Assembly: GCA_963814955.1 (NCBI GenBank)
Contig: CAWFEX010000013.1
Coordinates: 245,921-309,920, forward strand
Length of the DNA stretch: 64,000 bases
Source: an uncultured Acidobacteriota bacterium
GTDB lineage: Bacteria > Acidobacteriota > Vicinamibacteria > Vicinamibacterales > UBA2999
Direction of reading: 5' to 3'
Shown here piece by piece: positions 1 through 8,315 of this stretch (its first letter is position 1; each line of letters begins with the position of its first letter). The translations under genes and the position numbers were made by a program. Under the pieces are notes generated by a model. It saw nothing but the letters and a program-made list of their open reading frames with translations. It was not told the DNA's origin and did no database searches.

Positions 1-699
1 ACCCGTGATGGCAAACCCGATCTGTCGGGTATCTGGCAGGCGTTTACCACCGCCAACGACAATCTCCTGTCCCACTCCGCGAGCGAAGGGGTTCCCGCGG
101 GGGTTGGCGTGGTGGAGGGCGACGAGATTCCGTACCGCCCTGAGGCGCTCGCCCGGAAGCAGGACAATTTGGCGAATCGAGCGACGCGCGACACCGAAGC
201 AAAATGCTACCTGCCGGGCGTCCCGCGCATCACGTACATGCCGTTCCCGTTTCAGATTGTCCAGATGCCCGAGGTCACCACGATCCTGTACCAGTACCTC
301 CACGCGGTTCGTCACATTCATACGAACGGGACCCCGCATCCGAGAGGACCCATCGAGTGGTGGATGGGCGATTCACGCGGCCGCTGGGAAGGCGACACGC
401 TCGTCGTTGACGTCGTGCACTTCAACGAGGACACGTGGTTCGACAGAACCGGCAACTTCCACAGCGATGCCCTGCACGTCGTCGAGCGATACACGCTCGC
501 GGATGCCGATCACATCGATTACGAAGTGACGATCGAAGATCCGAAGGTGTTCACGCGGCCGTGGAAGATGCGCATGTTGCTCTACCGGCGGAAGGAACCG
601 AACTTTCAGCTTCTCGACTACGACTGTTATGCGTTCCAGTGGGAAAAGTCACTATCCGTACCCGGGGCGTTGATCGCGAGAAACGGAGCGTTCCAATGA
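1..699 (+). CDS. secreted protein of unknown function, paralog 1 of 4 (5' end outside window)
   Basis: Frame 1 is open from nt 1 (TRDGKPDLSGIWQA...), TGA at 697-699. The C-terminal block WMGDSRGRWEGDTLVVDVVHFNEDTW...HVVERY...YEVTIEDPKVFTRPW recurs in three neighbouring ORFs. Confidence 0.7.
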   Translation, partial: TRDGKPDLSGIWQAFTTANDNLLSHSASEGVPAGVGVVEGDEIPYRPEALARKQDNLANRATRDTEAKCYLPGVPRITYMPFPFQIVQMPEVTTILYQYLHAVRHIHTNGTPHPRGPIEWWMGDSRGRWEGDTLVVDVVHFNEDTWFDRTGNFHSDALHVVERYTLADADHIDYEVTIEDPKVFTRPWKMRMLLYRRKEPNFQLLDYDCYAFQWEKSLSVPGALIARNGAFQ

Positions 700-1547
700 G
701 ATGGCACCAGGCGGTAAGGGTTCTCGGGATCGGCGTGGCACTCGTGGGGCTGTCCGTTTCGCTGTCAGGTCAGGGTGCGCAGCCCCAACCTTCAACACCG
801 CAGAGCCCATGGCCTCCGGCGCGGACCGCAGACGGACAGCCCGACGTGCAGGGTTCGTGGCGTCCCGTACTGGGGGGGACCCACTCGTTGGACCCGGCGA
901 AGAGCAGTGCGGTGGATTTCGAAGAGCGGTTGAGCGGAGTGGTCAAGCTCAATCCAAGCCGGATCGTGGACCCGCCGGACGGCCACATCCCGTATCAGCC
1001 GTGGGCGGCGGCGCTGCGGAAGGAACTCGAGGCGGCGTACGAGAATCCGACCAAGCCCGAGCACATCGACACGCAGACCCGCTGCTTCGTGCCCAGCGTG
1101 CCGCGTTTGTACTACTTTCCGACGTTCAAGATTCTTCAGCCGCCCGGGAGTGTCGTGTTCGTTTGGGATGAGTATCATGCGTTTCGCGTCATCCCGCTGG
1201 ACGGCCGGCCGCGCGTCCCCGCCAACCTGAAGCTGTGGATGGGCGATGCGCGTGGCCGTTGGGAAGGAAACACGCTCGTCGTGGATACGACCAATCTCAA
1301 CGCGAAATCACGACTCGACGTCGTCGGAGATTTCTTCAGCGACAAAGCGCACATCGTGGAGCGGTTCATCTTCATCGATGCCAACACGATGAATTACGAG
1401 GCCACGATCACCGACCCAACCGTGTTTACCCGACCGTGGACGATGCGGGTAGCTCAGAGGCGAATGCCGGACGACGAAATGTGGGAGTGGGCGTGCCACG
1501 AAGGCGAGCAGGACGCGGCCAACTCGTCGAGCAAGGTCGTCCACTAG
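696..1547 (+). CDS. secreted protein of unknown function, paralog 2 of 4
   Basis: ATG 696 overlaps the upstream stop (ATGA). Signal-like N-terminus MRWHQAVRVLGIGVALVGLSVSLSGQG. Contains DGQPDVQGSW and WMGDARGRWEGNTLVVDTTNLN...HIVERF...YEATITDPTVFTRPW. Confidence 0.75.
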   Translation: MRWHQAVRVLGIGVALVGLSVSLSGQGAQPQPSTPQSPWPPARTADGQPDVQGSWRPVLGGTHSLDPAKSSAVDFEERLSGVVKLNPSRIVDPPDGHIPYQPWAAALRKELEAAYENPTKPEHIDTQTRCFVPSVPRLYYFPTFKILQPPGSVVFVWDEYHAFRVIPLDGRPRVPANLKLWMGDARGRWEGNTLVVDTTNLNAKSRLDVVGDFFSDKAHIVERFIFIDANTMNYEATITDPTVFTRPWTMRVAQRRMPDDEMWEWACHEGEQDAANSSSKVVH

Positions 1548-2026
1548 AGCAGGAGCTTCCGCATCTTCAACGCGTCCATCCGAAGACCGGAACGAAGAAC
1601 GTGCTGCTTCCGTTCCACGGCCTCATAGCCGAGAGCAACATAAAACGGTTCGGCGTTCACTGAAGCATGGAGCTCGAGGTGTGAGAGGCCTCGCTCTTGG
1701 GCCATACGCTCCATCTCCCGCACCAGGGCCGAGCCGACGCCCCTGCGGGCAGCGCTGGGGACGACATAGCAGGCCCGCAGCTCCGCCTTCTGAACGACGA
1801 GGGCACCGAGACCTACCGGCTCGCCGTCGAGTTCCGCTATCAGACGAATCTCACGATCGCCGTTTTTCAGGAAACCGCGAACCGAAGCCTCTGTGACGGG
1901 CGCGGCCCACGCTTCGATGACGTCAGGCGGGTAGTGCTGTGCAGGAAGTCCGCGAACCGAGCGCCCATGGATTTCAAGGAACAAACGTCCCTCATCGTCA
2001 CGCATAGGGCGGACCACGACAGCCAT
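1544..2026 (-). CDS. GNAT family N-acetyltransferase
   Basis: 160-aa ORF with a GNAT-type acetyl-CoA pocket region (ARRGVGSALVREMERMAQERG...EPFYVALGYE). Convergent 4-nt overlap with the previous gene. Confidence 0.8.
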   Translation of the reverse strand: MAVVVRPMRDDEGRLFLEIHGRSVRGLPAQHYPPDVIEAWAAPVTEASVRGFLKNGDREIRLIAELDGEPVGLGALVVQKAELRACYVVPSAARRGVGSALVREMERMAQERGLSHLELHASVNAEPFYVALGYEAVERKQHVLRSGLRMDALKMRKLLL

Positions 2027-2093
2027 GTTTGGAAGTGCGGTGTGCCGGCCGCGACGTCAGCGCGGCCGGTAGTGATTCAGAAAGAACGGACGA

Positions 2094-2504
2094 CTAGTTC
2101 TCTCCCGCGCCGCGGATATTGGAACCCGTTCCCCGCGAGTAATACCGGCCGTTGACTTCCATGCCCATGAACTCGGCGGTGCGCTTCGACTTGTCTCGCG
2201 GAGGATGCGCAATGATCTTGACGCGATTGCCTACCTTGAGGATCTGCGGAGAAATCCCCGACGCGACCATCGACGCCGCCCCGGACCCCTCGAACCCCCA
2301 GCTTTCCGGCTTGCCAGTGGGACCCGGCACATCGAGCGTGATCCACATGTGCGGATTCCGCCATTCGACGTTCGTGACCACGCCTTCGACCGACACCAAC
2401 TGATCGACGTCGTACATCGCCCGCGAATGATGGGCCGACAGCAGCGTCGTCATCGACACGAACCCGACAATCACCGTCAGAATGCCGACCGTCTTCCGCG
2501 CCAT
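2094..2504 (-). CDS. small secreted protein (DUF6152-like, AHHS N-terminus)
   Basis: GGAGG lies 5 nt upstream of ATG 2504. TM/signal segment TVGILTVIVGFVSMTTLLS is followed by AHHS, then a mature domain of about 105 aa. Family assignment is by pattern recall only. Confidence 0.6.
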   Translation of the reverse strand: MARKTVGILTVIVGFVSMTTLLSAHHSRAMYDVDQLVSVEGVVTNVEWRNPHMWITLDVPGPTGKPESWGFEGSGAASMVASGISPQILKVGNRVKIIAHPPRDKSKRTAEFMGMEVNGRYYSRGTGSNIRGAGEN

Positions 2505-2567
2505 ACGTGCCTCCATGCTGCAAAACTGCCACCGAACGATGGTTCGTCTGCTCCGTACGATCCCAGG

Positions 2568-3368
2568 TCATGATCCGAGACGCGTGAGATAGGTTTCCGG
2601 GCCATCCTCCGGCCGGCACAACACTTCCTCGATGACGTCGAGCGGTTGACGTTTCAAGGTGATCGCCGGCGTCTCCCACGGCTTCGTCAGCATCTCCGGA
2701 TCTTCCACTGTCGCGCGATACTCGAGCGTATCAGCGTCAATGCGACGCCATCGTTCGACGATGTGCATTGCGGGAGAGGTCAACCACACCCCGGTGCTCG
2801 CGTTCGTCGGCCTGTCCTGGGCACTCGCCAGCCATCCTTCTCCATTGAAGGACGTCACGTCGATGACGAGCGTGTCACCGTCCCAGCGTCCCGCCGAGTC
2901 GCCGAGGTGTGTCGGATACAGATACTGCTCCGAGGTGTGCGGTCGCCCGGTTGTGGGGATGATCCGGAAGATCGGGTAGGCCGCGGTGAACACGAATGCG
3001 AATCCGGGGCGCTGAACGATCTGAACGGGATGCCCAATCATTGCGGCGCGAGGGAACGCGGGAGGAGCGCACCGCATGGTCGGGTCGTCCTTGGCCGACA
3101 AGACCTTCATACGAGCGCGCGCCTCGTCCTTGTACAGTCCCTCGAGCTCGGTCAGATTGAACGTGTCGCGCCCGGAGCTTGCGCCGAGCGGCTCGCCCTT
3201 CCAGACGCCGGTCAGGTTCGGTTCGCCCCACGTGGTTCGCGCCGCGAACGAACCGGCACCCGCTCCCGACCCACTCGACTCTGCGTTGTCGCTCGATCGC
3301 ACGCCGAGCCACACGGCCGCTCCGACGACAACCGCGGCAACGGCAATCGTGATCGCCCGCGTGCTCAT
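2568..3368 (-). CDS. secreted protein of unknown function, paralog 3 of 4
   Basis: ATG 3368 overlaps the upstream stop (ATGA at 3365-3368). Signal MSTRAITIAVAAVVVGAAVWLG. Contains WGEPNLTGVWKG and GRWDGDTLVIDVTSFNGEGW...HIVERW...YRATVEDPEMLTKPW. Confidence 0.75.
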   Translation of the reverse strand: MSTRAITIAVAAVVVGAAVWLGVRSSDNAESSGSGAGAGSFAARTTWGEPNLTGVWKGEPLGASSGRDTFNLTELEGLYKDEARARMKVLSAKDDPTMRCAPPAFPRAAMIGHPVQIVQRPGFAFVFTAAYPIFRIIPTTGRPHTSEQYLYPTHLGDSAGRWDGDTLVIDVTSFNGEGWLASAQDRPTNASTGVWLTSPAMHIVERWRRIDADTLEYRATVEDPEMLTKPWETPAITLKRQPLDVIEEVLCRPEDGPETYLTRLGS

Positions 3369-4321
3369 CGGACACCGCCCTGCTGCTTCTTCGCCGCTTC
3401 CGCGGCGGCAAATTCCCGGTGCCGCGCGTCCAGCTCGGGATCCAGGAAGCAGAGCGATTCCTGGACCGTGTCGTACGGCACCATGCCCCGGCGGTCGGTG
3501 GCTCCGGTCCATGGAGCAGTCAGCATCTTCGAGTCTTCAACAACGACTCGATATTCAAAGACCTGCGCGTCCGGTCGACTCCAGCGCTCGGTGATGCGCA
3601 GCGCGTCGGACGATGTCTGAGGGAGCCGGTTCGGGGGCCTGGCATCGCCGAGCCACGGCTTGCCGTTGAAGTCCGTCACCTCGACAACAAGCGTGTCGCC
3701 TTCCCAATGACCGACCGACGAGCCGAGGAACGACGGCTTGCGCGCGGCGCGAGGTCGCTGCCCGTTCTCCTCAACGATCGGAATGATCCTGAAGCTGCTG
3801 GCGCCTTCGTTGAGCATCAGGAGATATCCGGGAGCCGACACCAGTTGGACGGTTCCGCCCATCGCGCCGTTGACGGGTGACGGTGGCCAGCAGTGGTAGT
3901 TCGGCGTATCGATGCCGCGCCAGTCGATCAGGCCTCGTGCGGCGCCGCCGCCCTCCCTGTAGTCACGTGCCTCCGGACGGTATAGCGACTCGAGCGGCAC
4001 CGGCGGCGGGGCAATCGTCGCCTCGGGCCAATAGACGCCCGAAAAATCCGGTTTTCCATCCCATGGTGTGCGAGGCACCGGGTATTTCATGGGGTCCGGC
4101 GTGTACTTCGCGACGCGATCGGTGGCCTCGGCGCGACTCTCTACGCCTGGAGGCAGAATCTCTTCGATCCGTCTGGTCCAGTCGGCGCCCGCCGCCGCCG
4201 TCTTTGGTGGCGTATATGGCTGGATTTGCGCGGATACGTGTGACGCGCCGATCGCCGCGATCAACGCCAGTACTCCGATGCCGGCCGCAACCAGCATGGC
4301 TGGTGCCGCAATCCTTCTCAT
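3365..4321 (-). CDS. secreted protein of unknown function, paralog 4 of 4
   Basis: ATG 4321 is preceded by AGGAAGG. Signal MRRIAAPAMLVAAGIGVLALIAAIGA. Contains DGKPDFSGVYWP and GHWEGDTLVVEVTDFNGKPW...ITERW...YRVVVEDSKMLTAPW. Confidence 0.75.
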   Translation of the reverse strand: MRRIAAPAMLVAAGIGVLALIAAIGASHVSAQIQPYTPPKTAAAGADWTRRIEEILPPGVESRAEATDRVAKYTPDPMKYPVPRTPWDGKPDFSGVYWPEATIAPPPVPLESLYRPEARDYREGGGAARGLIDWRGIDTPNYHCWPPSPVNGAMGGTVQLVSAPGYLLMLNEGASSFRIIPIVEENGQRPRAARKPSFLGSSVGHWEGDTLVVEVTDFNGKPWLGDARPPNRLPQTSSDALRITERWSRPDAQVFEYRVVVEDSKMLTAPWTGATDRRGMVPYDTVQESLCFLDPELDARHREFAAAEAAKKQQGGVR

Positions 4322-4402
4322 GCTCACAGCACACCTTCCTGTGGCAAATACGAGAGACCCGCGGAGGAGGAGAAAGTAGCGCACTCTGCGGCTGGGTTCA
4401 AT

Positions 4403-4471
4403 GATTAGAGTGCCTGGGGTGCCTGGGGTGCTGGAACCGGTTTCTAACCCGCCCTACGGGGTGTGCCCCGG
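4403..4471. repeat. composite intergenic repeat (ATTAGAG box, duplicated GTGCCTGGG word, GAACCGGTTTC box, degenerate REP head)
   Basis: GATTAGAGTGCCTGGGGTGCCTGGGGTGCTGGAACCGGTTTCTAACCCGCCCTACGGGGTGTGCCCCGG. It aligns with the reverse complement of 18058-18100 (TAAAGTGCCTGAAGTGCCTAGAACCGGTTTTATAACCGACG). Confidence 0.6.
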
Positions 4472-4532
4472 TGAGGGTCTTGGAACGGTAGAGACCTGGC
4501 TCGAAGAGAGCGCCTGAAAGCCGTTGAGCCGG

Positions 4533-4679
4533 CTATACCGGTTGCCCGCGGATCACCCGAATCAGCAGAAAGACGACGGCTATGACAAGGAGAACGTGTA
4601 GCCATCCGCCCAGCGTTGTCGTCGTTACCATCCCGAGCAGCCAGAGCCCCACGAGCAGAATCACGAGGAACATCAACAT
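4533..4679 (-). CDS. tiny two-helix membrane protein (lmo0937-like)
   Basis: Below the size cut-off of the ORF track. ATG 4679, TAG 4533-4535. Translation: MLMFLVILLVGLWLLGMVTTTTLGGWLHVLLVIAVVFLLIRVIRGQPV. Confidence 0.6.
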   Translation of the reverse strand: MLMFLVILLVGLWLLGMVTTTTLGGWLHVLLVIAVVFLLIRVIRGQPV

Positions 4680-4930
4680 CTGCGTCCTCCCCGAAACCTC
4701 GAAGCACGTGGGATGCCAGATAGCGTCTGCGCCGGTCGCTCAATGCGCTACAATCCCGCACGCATTGCGCGCGTCCGCGCGGCTTCGGCGGAGACCCGCC
4801 GAGGTACGTTCGACTTTAACGAAGCCGGTCGGCCCGAACCTTTCGCTACCAGCAAGGAAGGCGACGTAGCGACTCCGTAGGGCCGTCCTCGCCGACCGAC
4901 AGGTCGAAGATCAGATGCTGAGGAGGTCCT

Positions 4931-6493
4931 ATGGTGCGAAAGTCATTTTCTGTTGTCGCAGTCCTGGGCCTGGTGGTGCTGACGGTCGGGCCGGCTGCTG
5001 CCCAGGATGCCAGGGCGGTCCTGCAGGCCGCGTCCAAGGCGATGGGTAACCTGAAATCGGTGCAGATCACCGGCACCGGCTGGAACGCCGCGGTGGGTCA
5101 GAGCTTCACTCAGGAGGAGGACTGGCCACGGTTCGAGGTGACGCGCTACGTGCGCACCATCGATTTCGAGGCGGGCACCTCGCGCGAGGAGTTCACGCGC
5201 AGACAGGGCAACAACCCGCCACAGGGCGGTGGCGGCACGCCGATTCAAGGTGAACAGCAGCAGGTGTTTCTCGTCAGCGGGAACAGCGCCTGGAACCTCG
5301 TGGACGGAAAACCTGTTCCGCAGCCGGGCCAGTATCTGGCGGGCGTTCCCGTCGGGGAGTTCCGTCAGCTCGACATCCTGCTCACGCCGCACGGATTCCT
5401 TCGCGCGGCCATGACGGCCAAGAACCCGACGGCCGTTTCGCTGACACTTGGGTCGCCAACCGGCGCGGTCACGCCGAACGGAAAACAGACGCTCGTCTCA
5501 TTCACCGTGATGGGGAAGTACAAGGTCGTCGGCACGTTTGACGATCAGAACCTGCTCGCGCTGGTCCACACGTGGGTGCCCAATCCTGTGTACGGCGACA
5601 TGCTGTACGAGCTGCGGTATCTCAACTACAAGGATTTTGGAGGCGTGAAGTTTCCGACCACGCTCCATATCCATCAGGGAGATCCGCGGTTGATGGTTGC
5701 GCACAACTCGATGGAAATCACGTTGAACAACGTCCAGCCGAACATCGCCGTTCCGGCGATCACGGTGCCGGCGGAAGTACAGAAGGCCACTGCGCCTGCC
5801 GTGCGCGCGGAGTCGCAGAAGCTCGCCGACGGCGTCTGGCTTGTCGCTGGAGGCACTCACAACAGCCTTGCCGTCGACTTCCGCGATTTCGTGACGGTCA
5901 TCGAGGCGCCGCTTAACGAAGAGCGCTCGCTCGCCGTGCTGGCGGAAGTCGCGCGCCTGATCCCGAACAAGCCGATTCGCTACGTCGTGAACACGCACCA
6001 TCATTTCGACCACTCGGGCGGGCTGCGCACCTACATGGCGCAGGGCGCGACGGTCGTCAGCCACCAGGCGAATCGTGACTTCCTCGAGAACGTGCTGTTC
6101 AGCCCCGGGATGCGAACGATGATGCCGGACCGGTTCTCGACCTACTACCCCTACTTCAGCGGAGGCAGGCGGCCGCTTCCGATTGAGACCGTCAACCAGA
6201 AGTACGTCATCAGCGACGGCGTGCGGACGCTCGACCTCTACCCGATGCAGGGGCTGAACCATCATGGCGGGATGCTGCTCGCGTACTTCCCGAAAGAGCG
6301 AATCCTGGTGAATGCCGACTTGTACACGCCGCCCGCACAGGGCGCAGCCGCCCCGGCTCCGAATGCCAACATGAGAAGCCTGCAGCAGAACATGCAGCGG
6401 CTGAAGCTCGAGGTCGCGCAGCATGTGCCGATCCACGGGCAGCCGGGATCGGGGGAACAGTTCGTTCAGATAGTTGGAAAGGGAACGAACTGA
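4931..6493 (+). CDS. MBL-fold metallo-hydrolase with N-terminal extension of about 280 aa
   Basis: AGGAGG upstream of ATG 4931. Signal peptide MVRKSFSVVAVLGLVVLTVGPAAAQ. Canonical HxHxDH motif in VNTHHHFDHSGG. Confidence 0.85.
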   Translation: MVRKSFSVVAVLGLVVLTVGPAAAQDARAVLQAASKAMGNLKSVQITGTGWNAAVGQSFTQEEDWPRFEVTRYVRTIDFEAGTSREEFTRRQGNNPPQGGGGTPIQGEQQQVFLVSGNSAWNLVDGKPVPQPGQYLAGVPVGEFRQLDILLTPHGFLRAAMTAKNPTAVSLTLGSPTGAVTPNGKQTLVSFTVMGKYKVVGTFDDQNLLALVHTWVPNPVYGDMLYELRYLNYKDFGGVKFPTTLHIHQGDPRLMVAHNSMEITLNNVQPNIAVPAITVPAEVQKATAPAVRAESQKLADGVWLVAGGTHNSLAVDFRDFVTVIEAPLNEERSLAVLAEVARLIPNKPIRYVVNTHHHFDHSGGLRTYMAQGATVVSHQANRDFLENVLFSPGMRTMMPDRFSTYYPYFSGGRRPLPIETVNQKYVISDGVRTLDLYPMQGLNHHGGMLLAYFPKERILVNADLYTPPAQGAAAPAPNANMRSLQQNMQRLKLEVAQHVPIHGQPGSGEQFVQIVGKGTN

Positions 6494-6503
6494 ACCTGAA
6501 CCA

Positions 6504-6659
6504 GTCGTTCACACTTCTCGGTTTTCGTTCTCGGTTCGTGTTCAGGTTCGCCGGGCTTCGACGTCGGCCTCCGCGCGGAGCGCTCCGGCGAGGCCTCGCC
6601 GAAGCCTTCGCGAACGCTGAACACGAACCGAGAAGCGAGAACTGAGAAGTGTGAACGAC
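6504..6659. repeat. 156-bp imperfect palindrome (long hairpin element)
   Basis: Arms 6504-6545 (GTCGTTCACACTTCTCGGTTTTCGTTCTCGGTTCGTGTTCAG) and 6617-6659 (CTGAACACGAACCGAGAAGCGAGAACTGAGAAGTGTGAACGAC) are reverse complements with few mismatches. The GC-rich centre is itself partly palindromic. Confidence 0.8.
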
Positions 6660-6672
6660 AGGTCTTCATACA

Positions 6673-8184
6673 TTGAGCTACATCGGAGCGCTGGACCAGG
6701 GCACCACGAGCACGAGATTCATGGTGTTCGACGCGACCGGCGTCGAGGTGGCCAGATGTCAACTGGAGCACCGGCAGATTCTGCCGAAGCCGGGCTGGGT
6801 CGAACACAATCCAGACGAAATCACAACGCGAGTAGCCGAAGTCGTCACGGGAGCTTTGGAAGAGGCAGGGCTTCACGGCAGCGACCTTGCGGCCATCGGC
6901 GTAGCCAACCAGCGCGAAACGACCGTTGTCTGGAATCCGCGCACCGGCCAGCCATGGCATAACGCCATTGTCTGGCAGGACATGCGGACCGACCACGGCG
7001 TCCGCGCGCTGGAACCGCATCGCGCCCGGCTCATCGAACGAAGCGGCCTGCCGCCGGCAACATACTTCTCTGCCCTGAAGCTGCAATGGATTCTCGATAA
7101 CGTCGAAGGCGCACGTGCGGCGGCGGAGTGCGGCGAGGCGGTGTTCGGCACCATCGACACCTGGGTGTTATGGAACCTGACAGGCGGACCTGACGGCGGT
7201 CTGCACGTCACCGATTTGACCAATGCGAGTCGGACGCAGCTCGTGAATCTGAAGACCAGGGACTGGGATGACGAGCTGCTGTCGCTGTTCCGTATTCCAC
7301 GACAGATCCTTCCGCGCATCTGCGCCTCCTGCGACCGATCCGCGTACGGTGTGACGCGAAAGGATGGACCGTTCCGTGCCGAGGTTCGAATTGGCGGTGC
7401 GCTCGGCGATCAGCAGGCCGCTCTCGTGGGACAAACGTGCTTTACGCCCGGCGAAGCAAAGAACACGTACGGCACGGGCAATTTCATGCTGATGAATACG
7501 GGAACGGAGATCGTGCCATCGCAAGCCGGTCTTCTGACGACCGTGGGTTACCAGTTCAGCGGGGCAGACGTCGTATACGCGTTGGAAGGTTCGATCGCTG
7601 TCACCGGATCGGCCGTGCAATGGCTTCGCGACGAGCTCGGCGTGATCGCCTCGGCGGCCGAAATCGAACCGCTCGCGGCAAGCGTCCCTGACAGCGCTGG
7701 CGTGTGCTTTGTGCCGGCATTCTCGGGACTCTTCGCACCGTATTGGCGGGCAGATGCACGCGGCGCCATTGTCGGCCTGTCACGCTTCCACACGAAGGCG
7801 CACCTCGCCCGCGCCACGCTCGAGGCCATCTGCTTCCAGACGCGCGATGTGCTCGACGCCATGACCGCAGACTCGGGCGTGAAACTGCAAGTACTGAAGG
7901 TCGACGGTGGGGCTACGGTGAACAACCTGCTGATGCAGCTCCAGGCCGACATCCTGGGTGTGCCCGTGGTACGTCCAACAGTCACCGAGACCACGGCGTT
8001 GGGCGCCGCCTATGCAGCGGGCCTCGCCGTGGGCGTCTGGGAGGATCTGGACTCACTGCGCCGGAACTGGCGCGTGGCGCGGCAGTGGACGCCGCAATGG
8101 AGTGCGGACCAGCGCGAAAACGCCTACCGGATGTGGCGGAAAGGTGTAGAGCGATCGCTCGGCTGGATTGTCGGGCCGACCTGA
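6673..8184 (+). CDS. glpK: glycerol kinase
   Basis: TTG start. [11 protein letters not shown] phosphate-binding motif at the N-terminus. The 503 aa are colinear with FGGY-family glycerol kinases (...[13 protein letters not shown]...VDGGAT.N..LMQ.QAD). Confidence 0.9.
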   Translation: MSYIGALDQGTTSTRFMVFDATGVEVARCQLEHRQILPKPGWVEHNPDEITTRVAEVVTGALEEAGLHGSDLAAIGVANQRETTVVWNPRTGQPWHNAIVWQDMRTDHGVRALEPHRARLIERSGLPPATYFSALKLQWILDNVEGARAAAECGEAVFGTIDTWVLWNLTGGPDGGLHVTDLTNASRTQLVNLKTRDWDDELLSLFRIPRQILPRICASCDRSAYGVTRKDGPFRAEVRIGGALGDQQAALVGQTCFTPGEAKNTYGTGNFMLMNTGTEIVPSQAGLLTTVGYQFSGADVVYALEGSIAVTGSAVQWLRDELGVIASAAEIEPLAASVPDSAGVCFVPAFSGLFAPYWRADARGAIVGLSRFHTKAHLARATLEAICFQTRDVLDAMTADSGVKLQVLKVDGGATVNNLLMQLQADILGVPVVRPTVTETTALGAAYAAGLAVGVWEDLDSLRRNWRVARQWTPQWSADQRENAYRMWRKGVERSLGWIVGPT

Positions 8185-8203
8185 AGGTCGGCCCCTACAG
8201 GGG
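8173..8203. repeat. REP-type hairpin, family 1 (GGCCGACCTxAGGTCGGCC + CTACAGGGG)
   Basis: GGGCCGACCTGAAGGTCGGCCCCTACAGGGG. The stem encloses the glpK stop codon (8182-8184). Same family as 27724-27796. Confidence 0.75.
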
Positions 8204-8315
8204 ACTAGGGAGGACGCTTTCGCAACGCGCCTTCGATTGACTCGAAGATGTGCCCGGCGTATGGTTGGCGCAGTTTGATCGTCCGGAAGGCTGCGGACGG
8301 TCCGGAGGCACTGAT

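Noticed and set aside
4408-4437. Short tandem repeats (also 57097-57140 and 12983-13063) considered as a CRISPR array
   Set aside because: Units are 7-10 nt, directly abutting, with no spacers and only 2-3 copies. No cas genes are in the window.
4444-4761. 105-aa minus-strand ORF from the track
   Set aside because: Featureless Arg/Asp/Ser-rich product. It is replaced by the 48-codon membrane-protein ORF at 4533-4679 in another frame.
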